DNA from: Octopus sinensis
Taxonomy: Eukaryota
DNA: 64,000 bases
Assembly (NCBI RefSeq): GCF_006345805.1
Contig: NC_043013.1
Coordinates: forward strand, 1,860,001 to 1,924,000
Direction of reading: 5' to 3'
A program made the translations under genes and the position numbers. Under the pieces are notes generated by a model. The model did not search any database and was not told the origin of the DNA. It saw only the letters and a list, made by a program, of their open reading frames with translations. Of the stretch, positions 53,128 through 64,000 are shown in pieces (position 1 is the first letter of the stretch; every line of letters starts with the position of its first letter).

Positions 53128-53747
53128 CTGGAAATAGAAGAAAAAAAAGGAAAGAAAGAAAAAACATAAATATGTTGTACATAGAAAAGCATAACAAAAT
53201 ATCAGTTGTAAGCCAAATGTTTCTAAGATTTAAGAATTAATTATGATAATTAAGGATAGAGGAGAGGATTACAGTGAAAATTTCAGCAAAACTAAGAACA
53301 AAAGTTCCGGATAGTTCTATGAAAGAGGAACTTGCAGAAAGTGCTTGTGGTCGACAAAAAGAAAAACAATTACATTTTCATTCTGGGTCGGATCATTATT
53401 ATAGGTTGAAGGAGATTCTGGGTCGGACCATTATTATAGGTTGAAGGAGATTAGAGGGAGGTTTTTAAAGATGGAAAACACAAGACTGAAAAAGGGACAC
53501 GGTTCTTTTTATTCATTAGTATTTGAAGTACATTAGTGAGAATGTTTGTCTATTGGGTGAAAAGATTTTTATTGCAAATGGTATATCTCGAAAAGCATTA
53601 TAGAATGTCGACTTCTTTCAGAGTTAATGTAATTCCTGAATTTGATGAGAATGGAAATATAGCCTTATTTACAAAGTTTTTAGAATTGTTTGGTATTAAC
53701 CTGAGAAACTCCACATTCAGAGTTTTAATATTAATAGACTCAAAGCT

Positions 53748-54140
53748 GGCAAAGTAGCAGAATGGTTAGCATGCTGGACAAAATGATTAGCAGCATTCCA
53801 TCAGAGTTGTTATGTTTTGAGTTCAAATTTTGCTGAGGTTATCTTTACCTTTCATCCTTTCGGGGTCAATGAAATAAGTACCAGTTGAAAACTGGGGTCG
53901 ATGTAATCAACTTAACTCTCCCCTAAAATTACTGTCCTTGTGCCAAAATTTGAAGCCAACTTTAATAGACTCTAAGGTGGGGAGTTAGCAGAGTCGTCTG
54001 CATGCCATGCTTGGTAGCATTTCATCTAGTTTTATATGTTCTGAGTTCAAATTTTGCCAAGGTAGACTTAGCCTTTCTCCTTCTTGGGGTCGATAAAATA
54101 AGTACCAGCTGAGTACTTGGGTTGATCTAATCAATTTACA
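53748..54140 (+). mobile_element. Two degenerate family A SINEs
   Basis: Each has GTTCAAATTTTGC..AGG...TTCGGGGTC.AT.AAATAAGTACCAG. Confidence 0.7.
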
Positions 54141-54507
54141 CTGTCCATTTGCTGTCAAACCATCAAACCCATGCCGGCATGGAAAACAGACGTTAAACGA
54201 TGGTGATGGGAGAGGAGACGCAGGGCAGCAGCATGCAGAGAGGACTGTGAGTTGTTTCGAGGTATAAATGAAGTTGGAAAATGTTTCTAAACAATTGAGC
54301 AGACTTTGAAACGACTCTTTTGACACAATTACTAAAATATTTCTCTGAACATGGGAAGTACAATTAACTAACTGAAAATAACAGACTAATAAAGTGGAGC
54401 CTGATCAGCTGACAGCTCGTTTGGTTTGGAATTCCTTTCTAAATATTCTTTTTTTATATGAATATAACAACAATGGCAAAATAATTATCTTTGTTACAAG
54501 ATACTTT

Positions 54508-54912
54508 GGATCTTTTCGGTTTGACCGGCAGTTTTTTCTAGGGGTGTCATATGAAATTGTCACCCATAATTATGACCCTAGTATCGATCTATTGCATTTC
54601 AATCTGTTTTAGGGGTGGGGGTGGGGTATCTTTTTTTCTTCACAAATGTAAATAAACTTAATCTGTTTCTTAAACGTGGGACATATTCATACTGCACAGA
54701 ATGTTTTCAACTCAATAGACGTCATTGATTGGTTGAAATTGCAGAAATTGAAGAAGAAAAAACAACAAATATCTTACAAACGATAGAATTTTCTCAAGAA
54801 AGCCAAGAGAAAAAGATGTTTTATAAACACATTCTACCAGTATACGAAGTTTAAAAGTGTTTAGTTACGTGGAAATTATTTTTAAAAACTGCCGTTCAAA
54901 CCGAAAAGATCC
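54508..54912. mobile_element. MITE, second copy of the 38171-38570 element in opposite orientation
   Basis: Same GGATCTTTTCGGTTTGA.CGGCAGTTTTT TIRs; internal sequence is the reverse complement of copy 1. Confidence 0.9.
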
Positions 54913-55114
54913 GCTACTTTTATTGTATACGAAAGGGCAGAAAGCTGTTAATTTTAAAATAAAATTTCCATCATTTCTGGAAATAGTAGAGAGAGAAAAA
55001 AACGCAATATTTCATTATAGACATTGAGATGGCTTTTTTCTGTCATTTCTTTGAAGAGTTATTTCCCTTAGTTTGTATATTTTTTTAATGCACAAACAAG
55101 AATTATTTAATATC

Positions 55115-55500
55115 TTTTATTCTTTTACTTGTTTCAGTCATTTGACTAAACAAATCGACCCCCCAAGACTTATTCTTTGTAAGCCTAGTACTTATTCTAT
55201 CAGTCTCTTTTGCCGAACCGCTAAGTAAACACACCAACATCGGTTGTCAAGTGATGGTGGGGGGTACAAACATAGACACACAAACATATACATACATATA
55301 CACAGATATATACATACATACACACACAGATATATATATACACGACGGGCTTCTTTCAGTTTCCTTCTATCAAATCCACTCACAAGACTTTGGTCGGCCC
55401 GAGGCTATGGTTCAAGACACTTTCCCAAGGTGCCATGCAGTGGGACTGAACCCAGAACCATGTGGTTAGTAAGCAAGCTTCTTACCACATTGCCACTCCT
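55115..55500 (-). mobile_element. SINE family B
   Basis: Reverse complement of the head, CORE-like block and tail; another copy at 57600-57963. Confidence 0.8.
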
Positions 55501-57091
55501 ATGCAAAACATTAATTTTAATTTTGTCTGGACACGAACTGATGTTTTCTAATCAACACCAATATATTGCTGACACTTACCACCGTCAAGAGAACACAATA
55601 AGTGTAATGAGAATGGTTTCAATTAAAGCAATCAGGAATCAACATCCTCATCATTATCACCAACGTTTAACGTCCGTTTTCCACGATAGCATGGGTTGGA
55701 CGGTTTGACTGGGGTCTAGGAAGCCAGGAGGCTGCACCAGGCTCCATTCTGATCTGGCAGTGTTTCTACAGCTTGATGCCCTTCCTAACGCCAACCACTC
55801 CGTGAGTGCTTTTTACGTGCCACCGGCACAGAAGCCAGTGCTGGCATTGACCACGTTCAGATGGTGCTTTTTATGTGCCACAATTTCCATTTGATTTTCA
55901 TATTGATGTTGATGTACTTGACTCAATAGGTCTCCTCAAGCACAGTAGGTCGCCCTACGATCCAAGGTACTTTTGAATGGGCTGGAGCTGGTTATGTGAA
56001 ACTGGTGTAGGATATAGACATGAACTCACTTTATTTGCCGGATCTTTACAGTCACAGCATATCACCAGAGGTCTCGATCTTTCGTCATTGTCTCTGTGAG
56101 GCCCAGCATTAAAAAAAAAAACCATAACTTCGGCATCTATTCCTCTGTCAAATTAGATATGATCAGTAATGTTCACTAAAGGTGGGCAGTGAGAGTATCC
56201 TTCACCAAACATGAATCAGAATTCCTTAGGAACTTAGTAACTAGTTGTCAACAACTATAATATTGAAACTATTGAGGGGGGAGGGGGAAAGGATAGGAGT
56301 TTCTTCCCCCAGTTCTAAGTTTATTGAATAATTACCAAGATGAAACATTAAACAAATAGATGCAAGAAGTGATCCTAAATCAATGTAAAAGACAACTGAA
56401 AACATGAGTGTAACCTGTACGTAAACAGACGTTGTATTCAGCATTGTTTAATGTCTGCTTTTCCATGCTTGCATAAGTCAGATAAAATTTGTTGAGCAGA
56501 TTTTCTACAGCTGGATGCCCTTTCTGCTGCCAACATTTACCTGTTTACAAGGAAGGTAACACACAAATCTTCATATCCAACTTAATGTGGGTGCCTTGTT
56601 AGAACACAAAATACTGCAGTATTAGCCTTGGAGAGGTCTTCTCATATAGGTGCACGGTACATAAAAGCAGGCATAAATTTTGGCAGACAAGAATCATCTG
56701 TTATGAGTACTGGAAATGCCAGATCAGGTGATTTCAGTTTACTGTTATATCTTCAGTGGCAGGTATCTGGTCACTGCATACCAGCCAAATTTTGCTGCCA
56801 TTATACATAGAATTTCTATGTCTTTTCAAAAGACAATCTTTTATATGTCATAGAATGCTAAATACTGTGATATTAGTATCAAGAGGTCCTTTCATACAGG
56901 TACAGGGTGCATAAAAGAACCATGTCTGTGTGTGTGATATGCTTCCTTCAGTTTCCATCTACCAAATCCACTCACAAGGATTTTCTGGACATGGACCTAT
57001 AGAAGAAGACATGCTCAAGGTGCCACAGAATAGAATTCAACTCCAGAGTTCTAGGTTGTGCTTTCAACTGTAGCAGGTTATTATAACTGAC

Positions 57092-57155
57092 AGCAGAGGA
57101 AACATTCATCTCAAGACCAGAGATGTTGTTCCGGTTCATTTGAGGAATTTCTAGT
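57092..57155 (-). CDS. Gene C candidate exon (3' boundary uncertain)
   Basis: Acceptor ...GACTTGTTTCAG, phase 2; LEIPQMNRNNISGLEMNVSSA; donor GTCAGT assumed. Confidence 0.3.
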
Positions 57156-58427
57156 CTGAAACAAGTCTTGATACAGCAAAACAATAACTGTATGCTCATC
57201 AGAAAGGCTAAATTGAATGATTTATTAAGCAAATAATTCTCTCTCCGTGGAAGTGTTAGACTATTTGGATGCAATATTCTAAACAGCTGCCATTTGTGGG
57301 TAATTTAAATCTGGAACTGGAGGCATTGACAAAGAAAGGAAATTGTTTAAGTTAAGACATTAGTGAGAAGCAAAAATCAAATATTAGTATCGCCATCTCT
57401 TGCTGTAAAATATTTCTCTGCCAACAGATAATTAAACGAATTGATGACTACAGTTTCAAATTAAATCTGTAATAAGATTTACTCTCTCCAAAACGAATAA
57501 ATTTTGTGAGAAAAGCATGAATTCTTTTGGCATCAACATGTTCTGTTTCAAAAAGTCAAACATTTTGGTTACTAGATTAGATTAAATAAACTTTTATTCT
57601 TTTTCTGGTTTCAGTCATTAGACAGTGGCCATGCTGGGGCACTGCCTCGAAGAATTTTTTAGTCAAAATCAACCTCAGTAATTATTCTTTTAAAACTTGG
57701 TACTTATTCTATTGGTGTTTTTAGCAGAACCCCTAAGTGACAGGGACATAAACACACCAACACTGGATGTCAAGTGGTGGTGGTGGTGGCAGAGAGTGGG
57801 GGACAGACACACACACATACGATGGACTCCTTCAGCTTCTGTCAACCAAATCCAGGCTTTGGTCAGCCTGAGGCTATCGAAGAAGACACTTGCCCAAGGT
57901 GCCACGCAGTGGAACTGAACCTGGAACCATTTGGTTGGGAAGCAAACTTCTTACTTCACAGCCAATGTAAAACAGATTTTTACTCTTTTCAAAAAGAACA
58001 AATTTTGTGAGAAAAGCATGAATTCTTTTGGCATCAACATATTCTGTTTCAAAAGGTCAAACATTTTGGTTGCTAGATTAGATTAAATAACCTTTAACCA
58101 ACCAATCAAACAATGGTAATACATCATACTAAAGAACCAAAAATAAATACATAAAGTTTTAAGATTTTTTTCTTCTTTCTTTTAGTTAAGAATTGCAGTT
58201 GATAGGAAACTGGTGCAAACTCCATGCAAGGCAAAGAGTACAGAAAATGGTGAGAGGGAACTTGTGGCAGGTTGAGAGGAAGGTAGCAAAATAACAGGAT
58301 ATAAGTGATGTGTAGCACAGATAGAGTAAGAATACTCATTACACACACACACACACACACACAATAAAGAAAGTAGTTGATAGTAGCTGTTGCCTAAGTG
58401 ACCTAATTAGTACTGGAAGTTAAATAC

Positions 58428-58524
58428 AGTGAAAGTAGAGCAGCTACAGTATAGGTGGAAGGAAGTTCAGGAACTGATGCCTCTGTAGGTAATAAAAAGT
58501 TTCCTTTTCCCAGAAGAAAGTAAT
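58428..58524 (-). CDS. Gene C candidate exon
   Basis: Acceptor CCCCCTATATTTTGTACAG and donor CT|GTATTT; phase 1 to 2. YFLLGKGNFLLPTEASVPELPSTYTVAALLS(L) joins 57155 in frame. Confidence 0.35.
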
Positions 58525-58984
58525 CTGTACAAAATATAGGGGGCAGTTATTGATTTTGAATGTGTAACATCTACAGACTGAGCAATGTTGAAGTGAAATG
58601 TGTGAAGCAGTGGCTAAATTTGTAGAGAACATGGAATATATCAAGTCTGGCAACACATGGGAAAGGGATGCCAGCTGGTCTGATGATATTGAATCAAAAC
58701 TCTGTGAAACTAAACAAGAATGATACGTAATCCTTTGTGAATCGTGATGGGTTTAAGTCTAGATTCAATTTACTGTTTTTAAGAGACCATTGATCAGTGT
58801 ACAACTGTGACAAATATAGAGCATGAATGTTGTGTGAAATAGAGCTACATTGATTATTTAAGAGATAACTTAAGCAAGATATTCTAGAAGGAAGTGATAA
58901 GGTAGGTCAATCTGAAGATACAGGTCTCTATTTAAGAGATGAGGAATTATGTACATTATTTACATTTGATAGATGTTTGTCCTC

Positions 58985-59250
58985 ATCTTGTTTGTTATTA
59001 GCACAACATTTTGGCTGGTATACCTTTCAGCCTTCATCAGGTGTCTTGGGGAAATTTCAAACCTGGGTTCTCATTCCTAAGGTATTTTTCGATATTATTA
59101 TTATTATTATTATTAATATTATTATTATTCAGGTCATTGCCTGGAATCGAACTCAGAATCTTGGGATTAGTAGCCTGTGCTCTTAACCACTACGCCATAT
59201 GCCCATGGACGGTATATCAGCCAAAACGTTGTGTTAACAACAAACAAGAT
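58985..59250 (-). mobile_element. tRNA-headed short element with Penelope/hammerhead-like tail and 39-bp inverted repeats
   Basis: tRNA-like head 59204-59132 (A box TGGCGTAGTGG, B box GTTCGATTCC), (AAT)n, then CTGATGAA-GGCTG...CAGCC-AAAA. 58985-59023 and 59212-59250 are inverted (35/39 by manual count). Confidence 0.65.
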
Positions 59251-60148
59251 CATCATCATCATCATCATTGTTTAACATCCGCCTTCCATGCTAGCATGGG
59301 TTGGACGGTTTGACCGAGGGCTGGCGAACCAGATGGCTGCACCAGGCTCCAGAAGACAAAAATCTATCAAATGTAAATAATGTATATCTGAAGATGTTAG
59401 GCCTCAGTGACAATTTGATAAGCTGTGGCATGCTGCTCAGTAGATCTGTCCAACCCATTACAACATGCATTAAAAAAGTGACTAAAATAAATATAAAAGT
59501 CTTGCAATTACAAACAATAAAAACACAAAGAAAAAGAAATCAAAATAACTAAACCCCAGTTCTTACACGAGTTTAGAACCTATCTATCGTTAGCGTCCAC
59601 TCGTTATAATTAGGTGCCATCCACACTCGGCTAATTGAGTATTAGGAATCTCCATTTGGATCTTTTCTCTGCCATTCTTATACATTCACCGTACAGTTTA
59701 GTCCAGTCCTTGGTGTAATCAAACCATCATCATCATCATCGTTTAATGTCCGTTAGCATGGGTTGGATGGTTCGACCGGGGATCTGGGAAGCCAGGAGGC
59801 TGCACCAGGCTCCAGTCTGATCTGGCAGTGTTTCTACAGCTGGATGCCCTTCCTAACGCCAACCACTCCATGATTCAGATGGTGCATTTTACGTGCCACC
59901 GGCACGGAAGCCAGTCAAGACAGCGCTGGCATCGGCCACGATTCGGATGGTGCTTTTTACGTGCCACAACCAGTTGGTTCTAAATTTTTTCGAGCATATG
60001 GTATTTATCTTTCCTTCCAGTAAGGGTTTCTGTGCACCTTGTGCTCTTACTGATATGACCAGAGTATTTTAGCTTCCTTTTTTCTCTTCTCTCTTTTTTT
60101 TTTAATGATCTTTTTTGTATTTGTCAATCACAGAAAATTCTGTACAAA

Positions 60149-60325
60149 GCGCAGGAATGGCTGCGTGGTAAGTAGCTTGCTTACCAACCACATGATTCCG
60201 GTTCAGTCCCACTGCGTGACATCTTGGGCAAGTGTCTTCTGCTATAACCTCGGGCCAATCAAGGCCTTGTGAGTGGATTTGGTAGACGGAAACTGAAAGA
60301 AGCCTGTCGTATATATGTATATATA

Positions 60326-60357
<32 letters not shown>
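60149..60357 (+). mobile_element. SINE family B
   Basis: GCAGGAATGGCTGCGTGG head through GAAAGAAGCCTGTCG, followed by (TA)n. Confidence 0.85.
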
Positions 60358-60358
<1 letters not shown>

Positions 60359-61524
60359 AACCTATTTATCTAATGTTTATTTATCGACAATGCCGTCCCC
60401 AGTCAAATTCCCTCACACCGCTTATTGTCACGTGTCCCTTGACCTCTCTCTCTAACTAACCCTATCTCTCTCTCTCTATGTCCCCCCTTCCCATAACCAT
60501 CATCGCCATGGTTCTCTATGCCCCCCCCTTCCCAAAACCATCATCGCCATATATAAAAGAGCGATCGCATTTATCGTTAACCCCACTCGCTTCAAAATAT
60601 CTAAAGAATACGCACAGATCATGAATGGCTAAAGTTTAGTGAAGTCCAATCGTCTAACCTCGCTACGACTACCTTCTTTCTTGCACTTATATTCTTATTC
60701 TTTCTCTATTCTTCAATTTCCATCTCATTGTATTGTCCCTCATTCTTTCAGTATTCCCTCATTACCCTGTCTAGCTCAAACATTTTTTTTCGTTTAGACT
60801 TGTCTACAGGTTCATAGCCACTCTGATTTTTCAATTTTTCGTTTAGTGTTGTCTCCCGATTCATACAAACCCATTTGCTAGCTCATACGATTAACAGAAC
60901 CTCTTTACTCAGACACGGTGTTATATTAGCTATCAATAATGATATTCCCTCTGATTTTTCTGATTTTCAAACCTATTTATCTAATGTTTATTTATCGACA
61001 ATGCCGTCCCCAGTCAAATTCCCTCACACCGCTTATTGTCACGTGTCCCTTGACCTCTCTCTCTAACTAACCCTATCTCTCTCTCTCTATGTCCCCCCTT
61101 CCCATAACCATCATCGCCATGGTTCTCTATGCCCCCCCCTTCCCAAAACCATCATCGCCATATATAAAAGAGCGATCGCATTTATCGTTAACCCCACTCG
61201 CTTCAAAATATCTAAAGAATACGCACAGATCATAAATGGCTAAAAGTTAAGTGAATCGTCCAACCTCGCTACGACTACCTTCTTTCTTGCACTTATTCTT
61301 ATTCTTTCTCTATTCTTCAATTTCCATCTCATTGTATTGTCCCTCATTCTTTCAGTATTCCCTCATTACCCTGTCTAGCTCAAACATTTTTTTTCGTTTA
61401 GACTTGTCTACAGGTTCATAGCCACTCTGATTTTTCAATTTTTCGTTTAGCGTTGTCTCCCGATTCATACAAACCCATTTGCTAGCTCATACGATTAACA
61501 GAACCTCTTTACTCAGACACGGTG
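60358..61524. repeat. Tandem duplication with 611-bp period (60358-60920 and 60969-61524)
   Basis: Two nearly identical copies of about 560 bp. Each has an internal duplication of about 35 bp (TCTCTATG.CCCCCCTTCCCA.AACCATCATCGCCAT) and a TATATAAAAG box. Confidence 0.95.
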
Positions 61525-64000
61525 CACCCGCCCTCCCACCCCCCCACCACGCATGCCGGAAGTTCCTATCTCTGCCATTCCGGGGTTGCTTCCCATGAAG
61601 ACTGCAAATGTTCTCACCATCCCTACCCCTCCCTACCCCTAGTCTCGACCTATGTAAGGTAATGTTCATACAGTGCAAAATATGAAAGGCTAGCGTTATG
61701 CAGGTTGTACTGAAGGCTACTTTACTACTTCATTTCTTGCACATGAATTCTGCCAAATGCGAGCTTTCTTTTCAGGTACACGAAGCTACTGTCCACTGTC
61801 CCAGGGTCTCTAGAGCCCATGCCTCCCACACCCTCAGGGTTGGCACCCTCAACGTTGGCACTCTGAAAGGTAGGTCTGGTGAGATAGTCGAGATGCTTGA
61901 CGGAGATGTGTGGATATATGTTGCATGCAAGAAATAAGGTGGAGAGGAGGATCAGCTAGGTTCCTCACAGCCAAGGAACGCAGGTACAAGATTTTCTGGG
62001 CTGGGAACACTGACGGGGTTGGTGGCGTGGGTATACTTATTCGCTGAGAAATGGGTAGATAAAGTAATTGAGGTAATCAGAGTATGTGACAGAATACTTA
62101 AGTAGATTAGTGCTTCATCATAGTTTAGCAACCATTATATCAGCCTATGCTCCTCAGTCGGGGCTACCCGATGGACAGAAAGACCGATTCTATGACACTC
62201 TACTGCAGACTACCTCGTTGACGAACGACAGAGACCTTATCTTTATGGCTGGTGACTTCAATGGTCACGTTGGACGACATGCTGGGGGCTTCCATGGCGT
62301 ACATGGAGGCTATGGCTATGGCTCTCCCGCAACGAGGAGGGAACCAGGCTGCTGGAGTTCTGCGATGCAAATAATCTTATGATTTGCAACACTAACTTCA
62401 GGAAACCTACCAGCCACCTCGTCACTTACCAATCGGGCCAACATACCAGCCAAATTGACTACATCCTTACAAGGCAAAGGGAGAGATGGCTGCTTATAAA
62501 TGCCAAAACCTTCCCAGGTGAAGAATGTACCCCACAACATAGACTGGTAGTTAGTGACTTTAGGATCAGGACTAGGAGGACACCAGAAGACGACAAATAT
62601 GGAGAAGAAGGATCTGGAAGCTTAAAGATCCTGCAAATGGACAGAGATTTAGGGACATATTACTTGAAGCCTCTGACGAAGTAGAAGGGGATAGAGCATC
62701 ACAGGGGGTAGAAGACAGCTGGACGTTTCTAAGGGACAACCTGCTGAGAGCCACTGACCAGATCTGTGGCTGGTGCAAAGTCCCCTCTCGACCTAGAATA
62801 ACGTGGTGGTGGAACAATATTGTAGACAGGGCTATTAGAGAAAAGAGACAGGCTTGGAAGGTCTGGAAAAATGGGGGTAGCAGGGGATTGTATCAGACTG
62901 CCAAAAGAGAAGCTAGGAGACAGGTTTATTTAGCCAGAGGGGAAGCAGATAAGAAAAAATTTGCCAATGTTCTGCGCCGTGAGGACAAAGACTGGAGGTG
63001 TTTCGTGTTGCAAGACAGTGTGTGAGAGAGAATCGTGATGTGGTAGGAGATAAGTGTGTTCGCATGGAAGATGGTTCACTTGCGCTAAATGAGGATGCAA
63101 AGAGAGAGGTTTGGAGATGCCACTATGAAAGGTTGCTGAATGAAGAAAATGAATGGGATAAAGAGAGTCTGCCGAATGTTGACCCAACAGAGGGACCAGC
63201 TATCCGAGTTGATAGTTCCGTGGTAGCTAAGGCAATTAGAAGCATGAAGACAGGGAAAGCCCCAGGCCCATCAGGAATCACTGCAGAGATGCTCAAAATG
63301 TCTGGTAGTGTCGGCTATAGCCTAGTCACCCGTATAGTTAATCAGGTGATACACAAAGGGGTCATACCCAATGACTGGTGTAGCAGTAAATAGTCAACTG
63401 CTACAAAGGTAAAGGTGATGCCCTAGATACAAATAACTACAGAGGTATCAAGCTGTTGGACCAGGTGATGAAGGTTACGGAGAGGGTCATAGCCCAACTA
63501 ATTAGAGAGAGAGTTAGTTTAGATGAGATGCAGTTTGGGTTTGTGCCAGGGAAAAGTACTACTGATGCTATATTCCTGGTAAGGCAGCTGCAGGAGAAAT
63601 ACCTAGCCAAAGATAAGCCCCTGTACCTGGCTTTTGTTGACATGGAGAAAGCCTTCGACAGGGTCCCCCGATCCCTTATCTGGTGGGCAATGAGGAAACT
63701 AGGGATAGATGAATGGTTAGTGAGAGCTGTGCGGGCCATGTACAAGGACGCCGCTAGTAGGGTGAGGGTTGGAAATGTGTACAGTGAAGAATTCCGGGTA
63801 GAGGTAGGAGTCCACCAAGGCTCAGTACTCAGCCCCCTCCTATTTATCATAGTCCTCCAGGCAATAACGGAGGAATTCAAGACAGGATGCCCTTGGGAGC
63901 TCCTCTATGCTGATGACCTTGCTCTAATTGCTGAGTCGCTATCAGAACTGGAGGAGAAGTTTCAGGTGTGGAAACAAGGATTAGAATCGAAGGGCCTCAG
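61525..64000 (+). mobile_element. RTE-clade LINE (APE endonuclease plus reverse transcriptase), cut by window end
   Basis: Motifs LRVGTLNVGTL, SAYAPQ, AGDFNGHVG, SQIDYIL, GKAPGPSGI, NYRGIKLL, QFGFVPGKSTTDAIF, FVDMEKAFDRV, GVHQGSVLSPLLF and LYADDL (about 63903-63920). One ORF broken by about 7 single-base indels. Confidence 0.95.

Noticed and set aside
63437-63880. 147-aa minus-strand ORF (also 62316-62540, 62572-62817 and 62930-63187)
   Set aside because: These are antisense shadows of the RTE ORF.

Overview
This is eukaryotic, AT-rich, repeat-dense animal DNA, most likely an octopus (inference from the tRNA-derived SINE families, RTE, Dong/R4 and CR1-type LINEs, Tc1/mariner elements and very dense TA, CA, CATA and GATA microsatellites). 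I found no prokaryotic-type features: no operons, rRNA, CRISPR or intact tRNA gene. Most entries in the ORF track are microsatellite or antisense artefacts, and the real genes are split into short exons the track misses. Reading splice sites and phases by hand gives three gene models. Gene A (+, at least 3 phase-compatible exons, 3974-11993) encodes a small protein with the motif PMRQRIFPVSFWQQPN, a close match to the TEAD-binding omega-loop of YAP/FAM181-type cofactors; this is the most interesting item. Gene B (+, 28767-35651, 3 exons, 167 aa) is a secreted protein with one CBM14/peritrophin-A chitin-binding domain and an unassigned 4-Cys C-terminal domain. Gene C (-, about 43.7-58.5 kb) is a multi-exon gene I could not identify. 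Mobile DNA includes two Tc1 elements (one of IR/DR type), two mariner relics, an R4/Dong LINE spanning a 100-N gap, a CR1/L2 3' end, a near-intact RTE LINE running off the window, several MITEs and at least four SINE-like families. Several fold-back structures lie in introns. All gene models are manual predictions with no expression or homology search, and repeat boundaries are approximate unless TIRs/TSDs are quoted.
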